Notes: generated from the sequence alone by a model not told the origin. 49,469 bases of DNA from Paraspadella gotoi (GCA_051294375.1 CM119270.1:18600991-18650459); one strand, 5' to 3'; shown: positions 1-16,763, counted from the stretch's first letter. Program-made: numbers and translations.

Positions 1-840
1 GCAAAACATTAATTTGCATTTAGAGTCGAATTAAAATTGAGAGTGAATGTGAGGCGGAAACCTTGTGAAAGGAGGAAAGGGAGGGAAAAGAAAATAAATA
101 AAGAAAGAAAGAAGAAAGGAGAAAATAAAAAGAAAAAGAAAAGAAAAAGAAAATAAAAAGAGAAAAAAAAAAAGAAAGAAAAAGGATGACGACAAAACAA
201 GAAAAGAAACAATAAAAAAAAGACAAACGCTTGTCACTCGTCAGTTTAACTCGTTTCCATGGAAATAAAAAACAACGACGAAAAAAAATATTGGAAAAAT
301 GGAAAAAAAAAACCCGATTTGAACGAGACAATCATATTTCGGTGAGTCGTCACAACAGAGCGAAAAAAAAAAAACTTTGAAGGACGAACAAACGAACGAT
401 CGAACGCGATGATTGCGAACAAAAGAAATCGAACGATGACTTGCGAACAAAAGAAATTAAAAGTCGACTTGCGAACAAAGAAGACGGAACAGGCCCAAGA
501 TTTGGCAAACGCACATTTGAGATTCAACGAACAGAAAATTTGTCGAATTCGTCGAAACCAAGGAATTAACTTTGTTGTTTCGCGGTTAAAGAACAAAACG
601 AATCTTTGTTCTTCGTTCGCAAAGATAAACGAACAAAGTGGGATTTTTGTTTTGTGTCAATTCTTATTTTTATTTTTTAATTTTTACTATATCATCATCA
701 TCATCATCATCGTCATCATCATCATCATCATCTTCATTATCGTCATCATCATCATCTTGAAACGCAGAACGCCACAAATCGGATGTATGAAATTGGTACA
801 ACCAAAATATAAATTATCCATTCATTTAATAAATAAGCTA

Positions 841-1028
841 TCTTCTCTCTCTCTCTCTCTCTACTCTCTCTCTCTTCTCTCTCTCTTCTCTCTCTCTCTC
901 TCCGTCGGTGGGGTCAGTTTTAGGGGAGAGAAATTCCCCCCCCTCATTTTCCCCCCCCCCTTAATCGATTATGGGCGGCGATCTGCGTATACGACGGCTT
1001 GTTATGTAGCCTCTCTCTCTTCTCTCTC

Positions 1029-1080
<52 letters not shown>

Positions 1081-1258
1081 GATATTGTTCCACCGTTGTT
1101 ATTCTTATATCTTAATTCTCCCCCTCACTAAATCTCCTTAATATTCCTTCTCTACTCTCTCTTCGCGATTTTCTCACTCCCTCTCTCTCCTTCCTTCCGT
1201 GGAAACGCGCTTATTTTCCTATTTGCGCAGAGATAATCTTTCCAAGATCTTTAGAGAT

Positions 1259-1299
<41 letters not shown>

Positions 1300-2997
1300 A
1301 GAGAGACCAACCCGCCCTGGGGGTCTATGTGAGAGGGGGGAGCTATGTGGATGGGTGGGGGGGGGCAGTGTTATGAAGAGGATCTATCAAGTGGGCAATC
1401 GTAAAGTGAGACACTCAGAGAAGAGAACAAATGCTAAAGAAGAAAGGAAACATGAGGGAGAGATTAATTTGGGGGGGTGAAATGGGAGAGTTTAATCGGG
1501 GAGAAATGCAAACAATCCTTTTTCTCTTTTTTGGATCGTATTCGTTTTTAGTTTGGACAGTCTGAATGTAAGGCCTCTTCCTTTTCTTTCACGGGTCGTC
1601 TCTCTCTCTCTCTCTCCCCCTCTCTCTCTCTCTTCTATCTCGTTTAATCTTGACTCCCTTCTCTGTCACAATTTTCATTTCCCTTTCATTTCTTTTTCAA
1701 TAATTTTATCCTCCACCTCTTCTTCTACTTTATTCGCTTTCCCTCTCTCTCTCTCTCATCTAAACACATAATGTATCTCCTCTCAGTCCTTCTATCCCAT
1801 CCCCATCTCTTAACATATTTTAAAAAAAAAAAAAAGGCCAAATTGAATATGTAACGAGCCTCAAGGAGAGCGAGACAAAACAGAGAAATACATACACAAA
1901 CACGGAAAATAAGATATATCTCGCAATTTTTTCTTTTTTTTTCTTTTTTCCTGTCCTTTTTCGTCGCTTCTTTCTTTCCTTATTTATGCGCAGAGACACT
2001 TTAATTTTGGGTCAGTTTTGAGTAAAGCCCTTGAGAATTTAAAAAAAGCGATCGCGCGGGAAACCGAAAATAGATAGATTTGCGCTTTCCATAAAATAAA
2101 AAGAAACAATTTTATGAAGATCCTTTGGGGACAGCAGACGGTTTTGAGGGAGAAAAAAGGCCCTGCTTCATTTTGGAAAGATAGACCGCGTAGAAAGAAC
2201 AAAAAACACATGGGCGCCGCTCAAATCATCCTTAATGAGAGAGAGAGAGAGAGGAGAGAGAGAGGAGAGAGAGAGAGTAGAGAAGAGAAAGAGAGAGAGA
2301 GAGAGATTATAGTTTTCAAACACCGATGTCGGAAAACAAGAGATTTAAAAGGGTTGAGATTCCAATCAGTTTTTTAAATAATAAATCTTCATCAACGGGA
2401 CCTATCTTTTTTGCCTGAATGGGAGAGAAATAATATATGACTTGAAAGGATTTGAATATAATAAGGAGAATGACGACGATTGACGACGAGGACGAACAAA
2501 AAGAAAGAGACAAACTCGAATGAAAAAGAAAAGTCTGAGATTAGAATGACCCCCAAACGCCGGTCGTTTTGAATGATATGAGGGGTCGAGAGGCGAAAGA
2601 CGAATCGATCGATTCGAACATAAAGGAATAAAGAGAAGAAAAGAAAAAAAGAAAAGAAAGAAAAGGGAATATTAACACACCCCCCACGAGAAAGAAAAGA
2701 TGAAATTATGAAAGAAGCTTCATCGAGAACGGCGTGACCGATTGTCAACCATTCGACCGAACAGAGAAAATTCCTTTGAAACCAAGAAAAAGTTTTGTGT
2801 GTGAAAAATGTGAGAGAAAAAATGTGAATGTGAATATGAAATGTGAAGCGAAGAGAAAATGCCCCGAAAAGAAAAGAAAGATCCAAGACCCTCGGGGGTT
2901 TGCGGGGTAATAAGGATGAAAACAAGGAGACCAGGGCGGGGAAACCCGATATATCCGAAAAGAAAACCGTTGGCGAGGGGTGTGCTTTTGAAAATTA
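841..2997 (+). repeat. Direct duplication, copy 1 (~2.1 kb)
   Basis: Matches 14330-16361 (e.g. GGGGTCAGTTTTAGGGGAGAGAAATTCCCC and GATCTATCAAGTGGGCAATCGTAAAGTGAGAC) and ends at an N-gap. Confidence 0.93.
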
Positions 2998-3149
2998 NNN
3001 NNNNNNNNNNNNNNNNNNNNNNAGAGAGAGAGACGATCAAAAAATCCTAGAGGCGAGAGAGTAAGTTTATCCTTTGAAGGCTGATGAGTTGAGGAAAAAG
3101 GAGAGGAAGAGGGGGAGAGAGATCGATAAAGAGCAAGTGAAAGAGAGAA

Positions 3150-3183
<34 letters not shown>

Positions 3184-4063
3184 TGTGTAAGTCTATCGAC
3201 TCGAAGGTCGTTGTTGGTCGCGAGACTGAAATTAGAGATGAAGACAACTCTCTCTCTTTTCTCTGTTTCTAAGAAAGTGTGGAGCTGAGAAGAAGAGAGA
3301 GAAAGAGAGAAAGACAAAAAAGAAAGAGGAAAGAGAGAGGAATGAGAGCGTAAAGAGAGAGGAAAGAGAGAGAAATGAAAGAGAAATGAGAGAGAAATGA
3401 AAGGGGAAAGAGAAAGGAAAAAGAAATTAAAGCAGAGAGAAAATTGAAAGATAAGAATGAAGTTTAAAAGTTTCTTCTGGTGGATTGAGATGAGGGTAGC
3501 AGGGTAGCAGTGTTCTCTGAGAATTCATAAAGAAGACTGAACGAGAGTCCTGATTAAAAGCTTGCAGGGCCCTGGGATGAAATTTATACATCAATATTAA
3601 AAAAAAGATATTTTTTCAAAGAGTCAAGAAAAAGGGAAAGTGGTTGAATCACATGGACGCAGCGTTGGCTTTACTAAACTGGCACACGGTTCAACGGGCA
3701 CATGGTTCTCATTGTCGCAAAACGGGGCACGGCCCGGCGGGCACGAGAGGTCGAACCGCGGCCAGAAGAGAGAAAAAAAAGAGACAGGGTTCCGATCCTC
3801 GCGGGCTGCCATCGGACACGGGGCTCTGACCGGATTAATCAGTGACTTATAAAAAAAAACCCCGAGAAGCTAAAAGAGTAAAAAGGGATTTGATGCGGAC
3901 GGTCGATGGTGAGGCCGAGGGGTAAGGTCAAGGGATGAGGAAGAGGAAGAGGATTAGGCAGGTAAGTTTCTTTTCACATCTGGACAGCGAGTCAGTTCCA
4001 ATTCCTCCCCCCAGAGTCCCAATCCGGGTGCGGCTTTATGGGGGCTTTTATGGCGCAGGGAAA

Positions 4064-4136
<73 letters not shown>

Positions 4137-5250
4137 GAGAAACGGGTTTTTATAAAAAGTGGAACCTAAATAGAATGTCGGAAGCTGAGGTGGGGTCTTA
4201 ATCCCGGTTGATCCAGGAGAGAAAAGGAAAAGAAAGAGACAGAAATTGTTTATTCCAAATATGAATATTAAATTCTTTCGCTCAGCGAATTCGTGTGGGG
4301 AAGCCTGAATGTAAGATTTCTTTTATTAATTCGCATATTGTTAAAAAGAGTGAGGTTTCAAATTTAAAATAAAAAAATATTTTTAGCTAAAAAAAAAAAA
4401 ATTACAAATAGTTCATTAGTTTATAAAGTTTATTAACAAAACAAAGAAGAAAAACAAAACAAAAAGGGTATTGGTATCAGAGTCTGAGCCTCAACTGACC
4501 CGCGACGATTGACCACGATCGACCACCGGTGGAATCGAGAACGATTTAGAAAGGGGGTGGCGGGGGGGGGTGAATGATAAAAAGAGGGAAAGAAAGGATT
4601 CGGATCGGTGGTCGGGGGGCGGGGGGGGAAGGGGCAGGAATCACGAGGAACATAAACCGATTCACGAGGTCAGATCAATCGGGGAAACTGTTCACTGCCG
4701 GGGTAAGAGAGATGTGAAAGGCGGGGTGGCAGGGATGATGGGGTAGTATAGTGATGGTACAGGGGTAGTTAAACGTCGAAAGTATAAAGCTTTTGAAATG
4801 AATTGTGTACGAAGGGGAAAAAATGAGAGGAAAAATTGAAACAGTAATGATAATTAAATTTAACTCTTAATAAGCATATATATAATTATATATATCATAT
4901 ACTGTCGTCGAGAAAGTAAACAAAAAAGTAACATAAATTTGCACCTTCTTAAGATCAAGGCTTTTCATAAAAAAGGCGTGAAAATGAGGAAAAGAGAAAG
5001 ATAAAGAAAAAAAAGAAGATGCAGAATAAAGAAAATGGGAAAAAAAGAGAGAGAAAAGATAAGGACGAAGAAAAGGACAATGGAAAAAAAAGAAAGAAAG
5101 ACAATAGAAAGACAATGGTCGGGGGGAAAAATAAAGAACAAAAGAAAGAAAGAAAGAAAGAAAAAAAAAGAAAAGTTGGAAATCGGAATTGGGAATCAAC
5201 GGCGGAAAACCTGAGGCGAGGGACAATGAGTGAAAGCACCGGCGGGCACG

Positions 5251-5296
<46 letters not shown>

Positions 5297-6319
5297 TGTG
5301 GTTTCGATGGCAGCGGTTTTAATTAACTAAAAAAGAAAAAGAAAAAAAGAAAAGCCCACATCGGTTTCTCATATATCAACAGTTGCCCACATTTTTTTGT
5401 TCTCGCACCACAATAATATCGATTCGAGTCTCTCATTCTTCGCTGCTTCGTTGTTGGATATTTTGCAGTTTAATTTACACTTTAAATATACATAAAACTT
5501 AGTACATCAAACATTTTTTTAAAAATCAGAAGAGAAAAGTAAAGACACAGAAAAAAAGAAAAAAAAACAAGAACAAAAATCGGATATCTGTTTTGTTTTT
5601 GTTGTTTGGTTCTCTTTTTTTTTTGTTTCGCCGGAATAATCTTCATTTCCTCGGTTGCCATTGTTATACTGTAATTCCGAAGTAACATTGTAATGCGATC
5701 GAATACAAATACAATACTACTCGCGGGGGGAAAATTGTTTTGATCGTAAACCGAATAAATTTCGACACCTCTGACTCTGAGTACGAACGCATGCTTGTTT
5801 TAATGAAAGCTTCTTCCCCCCCCCCGTTCATCCGACGCTTTATCAATTCGTGATTGCCCTTCATCGATTGCCGATTGCCTTTACCGCTTGGAAATATCCT
5901 TCTTTGCTTGCTGATTGTTATTACTGCTTGGCGACCGCCTTTTTTCGAATACCGATTCAGTATTTCATGTCGCTCGTCCAAAATCTGATCCGCGCGAAAT
6001 TTTGTATCCGATTCTTTTTTTATTTTTAGAATCTGAGTAAGTCTTTCGATTTTCTAATCCTAGACAGCCTGACCCGACACATTTTTTTTTCGTTTTGAGT
6101 TTCTCCGTTCGTTCTATCACGCACAATGTCGATCGGTATCGATCGGTATCGATCGGTATATCGATCGGTATATCGATTGAAATCGAGCGGTTCCTTCAGG
6201 GAATTGCCGATATCTTGCTGTTGTCGTGACTTCTCTGTTGTCGTCGTTGTTGTCGTATCGGTCATTCATTGTTTCTTTTCTTCTCTGTTCCGACGTCTGG
6301 CGTCAATCGCAGATTCGCT

Positions 6320-6360
<41 letters not shown>

Positions 6361-7517
6361 TTAATTCTCTCCTCCAGTTTTGACTTTCGGTTTCGATTTT
6401 CGCCGTTGAGATTCGCGGAACCGTGACGACGACGACGACGACGACGACGACCCGAAAAAAGGGACAGTAAAGATCATGTCGCGATGACAACTGATCCGTG
6501 ACAACAGAATTCCGAAGACGTTTATCTCTTCTGCTCTTTTGTTTTATTCTGGAGGTGACAGAATTTTTTTCTTTTTTCTTTTTTTTTTTAACCATTGTTT
6601 ATGTTTGTTTGTGTTTATAATTTTTTGGCGTGGGTCAAATCATAAAACATTTGGAGATCATTTTTTTCTGTCGCCAGTGTTTTGTTCCGCGGCGACTGTG
6701 TTCTCAGCATTTTGATTGGCTTTCTCTTTTTCGCCTCTGCCCTACCGTGTTTAAATTTCCTCATTTCTTTTTTCTCAGGAGACATTATGCAATATGCATC
6801 TTGTTCGAATTACAACGAGAGCTAAAAAGCGACAACCAAAACCTGATTAACACGAAGAATTTCAATCATGAATCTATACAAAGTAATAACTCTTAGAATT
6901 GGAATCAAGCGATCGAATATTGCTAACCATTGCTTGATTGGTGGCAGATATCCTTCCAAAATATACCAAACGACTACAATTCTTATCATTGCCACCAAAA
7001 AAATAACCGTTCGGCAAATTCAGCGCCAAAATTTGATTAATTAATGATTTTGTTGCCCTAATAAATTGTCCGAATCGGTTGCCCGTTTTCGAGGACCGGT
7101 CGTCGTCGCTTAACATTTGACCCATGCAGCTTTGTCCAGCTCAGCGGAGGTTAAATAGCGGCGGCGNNNNNNNNNNCGGCGGCGGCGCGAATGGCGTCGT
7201 CACCATAAATATTCAATGCGACCAGAAAGTCAAAAAGATCTCGCGGTTCAAACGACGGTAAAAAAAAAAGAAAAAAAGAAAAAAGAAAAAAAAAAGAAAC
7301 CTCCCGGACGATTGGAACTTTATCTTCTTTCTTGGAAATTCGACTTTCTACTTACAATTTGCGAGCGTTTGTTTTTTAAGCGTCTCCACTGTATTGGCAT
7401 TTATACCTTCTTGGAAAATGAATAAGTCGCCGAAGCGTATTCTAGTTTCAGTAACTTTTGTCGCTTTTAGTCTAAATATCATGGTAATTATCCTTTCTTT
7501 TTCGTTGTTTGAGAGAT

Positions 7518-7565
7518 TAACAAAGTTTGATTTTATTTTGCAACGAATAAAATCAAACTTTGTTA
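7518..7565. other. Perfect 20-bp-stem hairpin, 8-nt loop
   Basis: TAACAAAGTTTGATTTTATT-TTGCAACG-AATAAAATCAAACTTTGTTA. Confidence 0.85.
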
Positions 7566-7586
7566 GTCTAAATATCGAAAAAAAGA

Positions 7587-7649
7587 TATATATGTAGTCG
7601 GGCATTGCCTAGGTTCACCCCGCCTAGGCAATGCCCGACTACATATATA
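7587..7649. other. Perfect 27-bp-stem hairpin, 9-nt loop
   Basis: TATATATGTAGTCGGGCATTGCCTAGG-TTCACCCCG-CCTAGGCAATGCCCGACTACATATATA. Confidence 0.9.
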
Positions 7650-10600
7650 CATATATACGTAAAAAAATATTTTTTCTGATTCAAACGAACCTATTTTGAG
7701 CGTATATTTATCAATTTGATTTGTTTCTCCCAAAAAATCCCCAAAATGAATTCCGATTCCATTTCTCTCCAATTTCTCTCTCCAATATTTAAAGCAAAGC
7801 TTAAAATTCTCTCTCGTCTCTCCGACGTATATTTTCCTCCTCGTTTATCATTAGATGTATCACGAGTTCATTCCAGAATATATCATAAACTTATCACCAT
7901 TCCCGCTCCCCGTTTATTATTTATCTCTTTCCACACTTTCTCTTTTTTTTTTTTAAATTTGGCGCGCTTTGGAAAATCCTTGCGGAAATCGGCTTAAGCT
8001 CGCCGTCAAATTCGAAATAGGATCCCACAGCCGACGGGGGAATAAAAAAANNNNNNNNNNNNNNNNNNNNNNNNNNNNNNNNNNNNNNNNNNNNNNNNNN
8101 NNNNNNNNNNNNNNNNNNNNNNNNNNNNNNNNNNNNNNNNNNNNNNNNNNNNNNNNNNNNNNNNNNNNNNNNNNNNNNNNNNNNNNNNNNNNNNNNNNNN
8201 NNNNNNNNNNNNNNNNNNNNNNNNNNNNNNNNNNNNNNNNNNNNNNNNNNNNNNNNNNNNNNNNNNNNNNNNNNNNNNNNNNNNNNNNNNNNNNNNNNNN
8301 NNNNNNNNNNNNNNNNNNNNNNNNNNNNNNNNNNNNNNNNNNNNNNNNNNNNNNNNNNNNNNNNNNNNNNNTAGGAAGGAAGAGGAAGGAAGAAAAAAGG
8401 GGAAGGATAAAAGGATCGGACAAATCGCCCGAAGCGAGAAAAGGATCGCGTACGGTTCGGACAAAGGGAAGCGGACGAACCGCCTGCCGGGCAAAGTGTC
8501 TCTCTCTCTCTCTCTCTTTCNNNNNNNNNNNNNNNNNNNNNNNNNNNNNNNNNNNNNNNNNNNNNNNNNNNNNNNNNNNNNNNNNNNNNNNNNNNNNNNN
8601 NNNNNNNNNNNNNNNNNNNNNNNNNNNNNNNNNNNNNNNNNNNNNNNNNNNNNNNNNNNNNNNNNNNNNNNNNNNNNNNNNNNNNNNNNNAAAAAAAGGG
8701 AGATGAGAGGAGAAGAAAAAGCGGAAAAAAAATTAGGGAAAAGGATTTAAGGAGAAAAAAGGAAGAGAAAAAAATTAAGGAAAAATAAAAGTATTCGTTT
8801 TGTCCTCAATTTTCTTTCACGTGAAAAAAAAAGAAAAAAACTCAAAGTCGCGAGAGGAAATGAAAAGAAAGTTTTTTTCAATGAAATAAATTTGGTCAGG
8901 AACCATTTTGAGTTTTTTTTATCTTTGGAATGAAAAAGAAAAAAAAAAGGAAAAAAAAAGAAAAGAGCCACGAGGCACAAAAGGAAAAAGGAAAATAAAG
9001 GAGTTGATTTTCCTGTCACGAGTCCGGATAGCGACCACGTGACCTCTAGCGTGACACGAAGCAACGTTCGCGTGACACGTGACCTCCATAGAGTGACACG
9101 TAGCCACGTGATACTTTTTGACCCTTTGGATAGATTTTAAAGTACGACCACNNNNNNNNNNNNNNNNNNNNNNNNNACCTTTATAAAAAAATTGTAATAA
9201 AACAACACAACAATTACCAACGAAGAAAATTTCCCTTTTTTTTTTATCTCCCATCGCTTGGATCTATTTTCGAAATTTGACGGCGAGCTTAAGCCGATTT
9301 CCGCCAAGGATTTCCAAAGCGCGCCAATTTAAAAAAAAAAGAGAAAGTGTGGTAAAGACGATAAATAAATAAACTGGGAGCTGGGAATGGTGATAAGTTT
9401 ATGATATATTTCTGGAATGAACTCGTGATACATCTACATGAATATAAACGAGGAGGAAATATACGTCGAGAGAGAGACGAGAGAGAGAATTTTAGCATTT
9501 GCTTTAAAATATTGAGAGAGAAATTGTAGAGAAAATGGAATCGGAATTCATTTGGGGATTTTTTGGGAGAAACAAATCAAATTGATAAATTATACGTCAA
9601 AATAGGTTCTCGTTTGAATTCAGAAAAATATTTTTTTACGTAATATGTATATATGTAGTCGGCATTGCCTAGGCGGGGTGAACCTATGGCAATCAGCAAT
9701 CTTTCTAGACTAACAAGTGATTTTATCTGCAAATAATCAACTGTTAATCTTAAAAACGAAAAAAGTATATTCCTGATATTTAGACTAAAAGCTGACCAAA
9801 TAGTTACTGAAACTAGAATACGCTTCGGCGACTTTATTCATTTTCCAAGATAGCGAATTAAATGCCAATACAGTGGGACGCTTAAAAAACAAACCGCTCG
9901 CAAAATTTAAGTAGGAAAGTCGAATTTCCAAGAAAAAGATAAAGTCCCAATCGTCCGGAGGTGTTCTTTTTTTTTCTTTTTTTTTTTCTTTTTTTTTACC
10001 GTCAGTTTGAACCGCGAGAATCTTTTTGACTTTCTGGTCGCATTGAATCATTTATGGTGACGACGCCATTCTCCCGCCGCCCCCGCGCCCCGCGCCGCCG
10101 CCGCGCCGCCGCCCGCCGCCGCGCGCTATTTAACCTCCGCTGAGCTGGACAAAGCTGCATGGTCAAATGTTAAGCGACGACGACGGTCCTCGAAAACGGG
10201 CAACCTATTCGACAATTTATTAGCAACAAAATCATTAATTTAATCAAATTTTGGCGCTGAATTTTGCCGACGGTTATTTTTTTGGTGGCAATGAAAGAAT
10301 TGTTAGTCGTTTGGTTATATTTGGAAGGATATCTGCCACCAATCAAGCAATGGTTAGCAATATTCGATCGCTTGATTCCAATTCTAGAGTTATTACTTTG
10401 TATAGATCATTGATTGAAATTCTTTCGTGTTAATCGGTTTTTGGTTTTTGTCGACTTTTTAGCTTTCAGTCTGTAATTCGGAACAAGATGCTATTGCATA
10501 ATGTCTCCTGAGAAAAAAGAATAAGAGAAATTTAAAACACGTTGTAGGGCAGAAGGCGAAAAGAGAAAGCCAATCAAAATGCTGAGAACACAGTCGCCGC

Positions 10601-10938
10601 GGAACAAAACACTGGCGAACAGAAAAAATGATTCCAAATTTTATGATTTGCACCCACGCCAAAAAATTAATAAACACAAACAAAACATACAACAATGGTT
10701 AAAAAAAAAAGAAAAAGAAAAATATTCTGTCACTCCAGAATAAAACCAAAAGAGCAGAAGAGATAAACCGTCCTCGGAATTCTGTTTGTCACGGATCAGT
10801 ATGTCATCGCGACATGATCTTTACTGTCCCTTTTTCGGTGCGTCGTCGCTCGTCGTCGTCGTCGTCCGGTTCGCGATCTCAACGGCGAAAATCGAAACCG
10901 AAAGTCAAAAACTGGAGGACAGAATTAAAACACGCAAC

Positions 10939-10976
<38 letters not shown>

Positions 10977-12026
10977 ACGCGAATCTGCGATTTGGACGCC
11001 AGACGTCGGAACAGAGAAGAAAGAAACAATGAATGACCGATACGACAACAACTACGACAACAGAGAAGTCACGACAACAGCAAGATATCGGCATTCCCTG
11101 AAGGAACCGCCGATTTCAATCGATATACCGATCGGATTATACCGATCTGATACCGATCGATACCGATTCGACATTGTGCTGTTAGATAGAACGAACGGAG
11201 AAAACTCAAAACGACAAAAAAAATGTGTCGGGTCAGGCTTTCTAGGATTAGAAAATCGAAAGAACGTTACCAGATTCTAAAAATAAAAAAGGAATCGGAT
11301 ACAAAATTTCGCGCGTATCAGATTTTGACGAGCGACATGAAAATACTGAATCGGTATTCGAAAAAAGGCGTGCCAAGCAGTAATAACAATCAGCAAGCAA
11401 AGAAGGATATTTCCCAAGCGGTATTAAAGGCAATCGGCAATCGATGAAGGGCTAATCACGAATTGAGTAAAGCGTCGGATGAAACGGGGGGGGGGAAGAA
11501 CTTCATTAAACAAGCATGCGTTCGTACTCTAGAGTCAGAGGTTGTCGAAATTTATCGGTTTACGATCAAAACAATTTTCCCCGCGAGTAGTATGTATTTT
11601 GTATTCGATTCCGACATTACAATGTACTTCGGAATTACCAGTTATAACAATGGCAACCGAGGAGGGGGGATAATGAGATTATCCGGCGAAACAAAAAAGA
11701 ACACAAACAACAAAAAACAAAACAGTATATCGATTTTTGTTCTTGTTTTTTTTTCTTTTTTTCCTGGTGTCTTTACTTTTCTCTTCTGATTTTTAAAAAA
11801 AGTTTGATGTGTACTAAGTTTATTGTATATTTAAAGTGAATTAAACTGCAAAATATCCAACAACGAAGCAGCGAAGAATGAGAGACTCAATCGATATTAT
11901 TGTGGTGCGGAGAACAAAAAATGTGGGGCAACTGTTGATATTAGAAGAAACGATGTGGGCTTTTCTTTTTTTCCTTTTTTCTTTTTTAGTTTAATTAAAA
12001 CCGCTGCCATCGAAACCACATTCTCA

Positions 12027-12073
<47 letters not shown>

Positions 12074-14329
12074 TCTCTCCGTGCCCGCCGGCTGTGCTTT
12101 CACTCATTGTCCCTCGCCTCAGGTTTTTCCGCCGTTGATTTCCCAATTCCGATTTCCAACTTTCTTTTTTTTCTTCTTTCTTTCTTTCTTTTTGTTCTTT
12201 ATTTTTCCCCCCGACCATTGTCTTCTATTGTCTTTTTTCTTTTTTTCCATTGCCTTTTCTTCGTCCTTATCTTTTCTCTCTCTTTTTTCCCATTTCTTAT
12301 TCTGCATCTTTCTTTTTTTCTTTATCTTTCTCTTTTCCTCATTTTCACGCCTTTTTTATGAAAAGCCTTGATCTTAAGAAGGTGCAAAATTTTAATGTTA
12401 CTTTTTTGTTACTTTCTCGACGACAGTATATGATATATTATTATTATATATGGCTTATTAAGAGTTAAATTTAAATTATCATTACTGCTTTCAAATTTTT
12501 CCTCTCATTTTTCCCCTTCCGTACACAATTCATTTCAAACAGCTTTTATACTTCGACGTCTTAACTACCCCTGTACCATCACCTATACTACCCCATCATC
12601 CCTGCCACCCCGCCTTTCACATCTCTCTTTTACCCGGCAGTGAACAGTTTCCCCGATTGATCTGACCTCGTGAATCGGTTTATGTTCCTCGTCGATCCTG
12701 CCCCCTTCCCACCCCGCCCCCCCCACCGAATCCTTTCTTTCCCTCTTTTTATCATTTCACCCCCCCCCCGGCCACCCCCTTTCTAAATCGTTCTCGATTC
12801 CACCGGTGTCGATCGTGGTCAATCGTCGCGGCGTCAGTGAGGCTCAGACTTCTGTACCATATCCCTTTTTGTTTTGTTTTTCTTCTTTGTTTTGTTAATA
12901 AACTTTATAAACTAATGAACTATTTGTAATTTTTTTTTTTTAGGCTAAAAATATTTTTTTTATTTTTAAATTTGAAACCTCACTCTTTTAACAAATATGC
13001 GGAATTAAAAAGAAAATCTTACATTCAGGCTTCCCCACACGAATTCGCTGAGCGAAAGAATTTAATTATCATATTTGGAATAAACCAATTTCCTGTCTCT
13101 TTCTTTTCCTTTTTCTCTCCTGGAAATCACCGGGATTAAGAACCCCAAACCTCAGCTTCCGCATTCTTTTAGGTTCCATTTTTATAAAAACCCGTTTCTC
13201 TCTCTCTGCTCTCTCTCTCTCTCCCTCTTCTCTCTTCTTCTCTCTCTCTCTCCTCCTCTCTCCTCTCTCTCTCCTCACTTTTCCCTGCGCGCCTAAAAGC
13301 CCCATAAAAGCCGCCACCCGGGATTGGGACTCTGAGGGGGGCAAGAATTGAACTGGACTCGCTGTCCAGATGTGAAAGAAACTTACCTGCCTAATCCTCT
13401 TCCTCTTCCTCATCCCTTGTGACCTACCCCTCGGCCTCACCATCGACCCGTCCGCATCAAATCCCTTTTTACCTTTTAGCTTCTTCGGAGGTTTTTTTTT
13501 ATAAGTCACTGTTAATCCGGTCAGAGCCCCGTGTCCGATGGCAGCCGCGAGGATCGGAACCCTGTCCTTTTTTTTTCTCTCTTCTTGCCGCGTTCGACCT
13601 CTCGTGCCGCCGGCCGTGCCCCGTTTGCGACAATGAGAACATGTGCCCGTTGAACCGTTCAGTTTAGTAAAGCAACGCTGCGTCCATGTGATTCAACCAC
13701 TTTCCCTTTTCTTGACTTTTTGAAAAAATATATTTTTTTTTAATATTGATGTATAAATTTCATCCCAGGGCCTTGCAAGCTTTTAATCAGGACTCTCGTT
13801 CAGTCTTTCTTTATGAATTCTCAGAGAAACACTGGCTACCTGCTACCCTCATCTCAATCCCACCAGAAAGAAACTTTTAAACTTCATTCTTATCTTTTGC
13901 AATTTTCTCTCTGCCTTTAATTTCTTTTTCCTTTCTCTTTCCCCTTTCATTTTCTCTCTCATTTCTCTTTTCATTTCTCTCTCTTTTCCTCTCCTTTACG
14001 CTCTCATTCCTCTCTTCTTTCCTCTTTTCTTTTTTGTCTTTCTCTCTTTCTCTCTCTTACTTCTCAGCTCCCCACACTTTCTTAGAAACAGAAAAGAGAA
14101 GAGAGGTTGTCTTCATCTTTAATTTCAGTCTGCGCGACAACAACACGACCTTCGAGTACATAGACTTACACACTCTCTCTCTCTCTCTCTCTCTCTCTTT
14201 TCTCCTCTTTCTCTCTTTCACTTTGCTCTTTATCGATCTCTCTCCCCTCTTCCCTCTTCCTTTTTCCTCAACTCATTCCAGCCTTCAAAAGGATAAACTT
14301 ACTACTCTCGCCTCTCAGGATTTTGATCG

Positions 14330-16361
<2,032 letters not shown>

Positions 16362-16763
16362 AAGAAAAAAAGGGAAAAAAAATGGTGATCCGTCACTCTG
16401 GAGATTTTTATCACGATTCTCCCAATCACAATCGAGTTTCACGTCTTGACCGAGATTTTGAAACTCGGTCACGATTTTCTTTTCACGAAAATGGATTTAT
16501 TTTTATTGTAAAAGGTGGAGGAGAAACTGAGAAGAAAAGAGGAAGAGGAAAATGGAAAGAAGAGGGAAAATTTGGTGAGTGACCTCAAAGAAAGTGAGAA
16601 AGTGAGAAAGTGAGGCTCGAGTTTCACTTCCTCATAAAACCAGACACAATTTACACGTTTATCCGTGAAGCTCAAGTTAAAGTTAAGATCGACAGATAAA
16701 TTCATTTGAGTGTAAATCAACGATAAAGAAAAGGAAGGAAAATGGAACAAATAAAAAACGAAT

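Noticed and set aside
3624-3852. Cys-rich GC island (the mirror copy reads CRRPCPVCDNENMCP, like an endonuclease III Fe-S motif)
   Set aside because: The two duplicate copies disagree in frame, the Cys spacing does not fit C-x6-C-x2-C-x5-C, and there are no supporting exons.
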